Source: Camelus dromedarius
Taxonomy: Eukaryota
DNA length: 64,000 nt
Reading direction: 5' to 3'
NCBI RefSeq assembly: GCF_036321535.1
Contig: NC_087437.1
Location: 73,038,001-73,102,000, forward strand
The translations under genes were made by a program, and so were the position numbers. Shown here one piece after another: positions 62,021-64,000 of the stretch. The notes beneath the pieces were generated by a model, which saw only the letters and a list, made by a program, of their open reading frames with translations, searched no databases and was not told the origin of the DNA. The stretch's first letter is position 1. Every line of letters begins with the position of its first letter.

Positions 62021-64000
62021 TTTTTAGAGCTTATAAATATTTCTCCAAAGAAGAAATGATACAGAAAAATATATACGGAAACAATACAGAAAAATATAAA
62101 ATATATAAGGATGTATCTGAGAAAGCACCACTCACGAATTATTTTCATTTTTAAAGTGATATGAGATGAATAGTCTTATAGTCTCCCTTTTTGAGAAAGT
62201 TATATACAAATATATATATACATTTGTGACTGAATTATAATAATACCAAAATTAATTTATAAATGAAAATAATTATATCATCCCAATATCCTGAAAATCG
62301 TATTTCCTTTTATTTACATCTATATAAATCTTGTTTGTATGCATGTATTTTTTCATACTTTGCAATTTTATTTATCAAAAAATGTTACCTACATTTTTAC
62401 TTAAAATGTTTTGTATTGTTCTTAAACTACAGTTGGTTGACAATTTTAGAGGCTTTATGTCTTATATACACACCATCATTTGTTTAGTCATTTTCAATAA
62501 CTGAATCATGATCTTTCAGTTTGGGTTTTTACTTTATTTAAACAATTACAATCTATGTATTAAGGATCATCCTTAAACTAGCTTTCTTCTGACCATTCAG
62601 CTACTTAAGATAAATTCCCAGAAGTATAATTAATGGATCATGGGGTATGAACATTCTTCTTATTAACAGCACATCGGAATATTTCTCAGTTTGAGAATGT
62701 TATATCTAGCCTTAGAACTCTGTTGTATTTCAATTTGTCACCAATGTCAGCTGTCCTGATAACTCCTCCTCCCCTTTTCCTTAACTGAAGCCAGCCTTGC
62801 CATTAGGGTCCGTCTTCTCTGCATCATTCTCAAAAAGTAGTAGTTATTTATTTTCTTACACCCTTATTTCCTCAAGATCAGGAGGTGGGATCAGTGCCTT
62901 CTTCACTCTCTATTGGTGCTTCCAAATATTACTCCAACTCCATAATTTTAAAAACACAACAAAACAAAACAACCCTGTGTCTTTTTTGTCATTTAACTAT
63001 AATGGTACTTCCAAATGTAGTTATTTGTACACCACCATCAATTTTTAATGCCATATTTGCATACTACCATTTATAATATTTAATTTTATTCTTGAAATTA
63101 TTGCAGTTTAAACTGATAGGCACTAATATTTGTGAAGTTGACTGAAATCCACTTGATACGTTAATTATATTTTAATGTGCATTACTCAGATACGTAAGTA
63201 TTAAAATTTTGTAAAGCTTGCCCAGATTCTGGGAAGTTGGCAATACAAGTGGCACAACTTTCTGAAACTCCCTGTAACAGCAGACTAACCAGAGTAGCAA
63301 AACTAAGACCACAAAGGCAATGTCTACGGGAACACTACATAACAATGTATATCACTATTAATAGGTGGGGACAAACCACTAGGCCATGTGGTATCAACAA
63401 CTGTGCAAAAACAAGCAGAGGAAGATCAGCTGGGCTTCTGAAGGGCCTTAGAACTAGAGAATTACCCCTCAAAAAAACAACAGGCAAGCCCTGACAAGAC
63501 AGGCAGACTAATCTGGGAAGAGCAGCAGAAATGGAGAAGGAAGAAGTCTGTAGGCACCAAATTACCAGTGCCTTCAAGGGAAACAAGAAAAGGCTTGTCA
63601 GTGGTGGAGCAGAGGGGACTCTTCAGACTTATCCCAGACTGAGAAGAAATCCCTGGGAGTGGAATCCAAATTAAACAGGATGGGCCCAATAGGAAAAAGC
63701 AAAGAGGCAATTTAGATAAAAGTGAGGGACAGGAGGAAAGGAAGTACATCTCAGAAAGAAAAATGGCACATAATTTACCTTGGAAATAACTGAAGAGAGC
63801 ACTCTAGAGACACAAGCAAAGATAGTGTGGCCCACCCTTTCATGACAAAAATCAAAATGCATTTAACTTAAACATACTTAGATAGAACAATAGAAAAGAG
63901 ATGGGGCAGAATTACGTATAAAGATACCACAAGAAAAAGAATAGAGAATAAAGTAACATTCCTACAACAATAATAGCACATTAGAAAGACATGACTTCAA

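Noticed and set aside
1..64000. CRISPR arrays, operons or prokaryotic defence systems
   Set aside because: The sequence is eukaryotic and intron-rich; there is no repeat-spacer array or dense ORF organisation.

Overview
Mammalian genomic DNA, most likely camelid, judged from a tRNA-Ala-derived vic-1-type SINE and no ruminant or pig SINEs seen. The window covers the middle of the immune receptor gene CD96 (TACTILE) on the minus strand. Ten coding exons matching human exons 3 and 5-13 (Ig domains 2 and 3 plus the Ser/Thr/Pro stalk) were located by manual translation. They have AG/GT boundaries and join in one open frame. Exons 1-2 lie beyond the right edge and the TM/cytoplasmic exons beyond the left. 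An intact ZBED2 CDS (217 aa, BED zinc finger) is nested antisense in intron 6, and a decayed NT5C3A processed pseudogene lies in intron 11. The rest is intron filled with L1, L2, MIR, LTR and hAT elements. The locus architecture is already known and I found no wholly new system. The best leads are: (1) the orthologue of the human V1-specific exon 4 keeps good splice sites but has an in-frame TAG; (2) Met sits at the position of the human C-syndrome variant T280M; (3) exon 10 has a degenerate donor next to a well-preserved solo LTR; (4) intron-9 read-through could give a soluble isoform; (5) the retrocopy seems to have captured an alternative NT5C3A splice form. All comparisons to human sequences and repeat families are from memory, not from searches.
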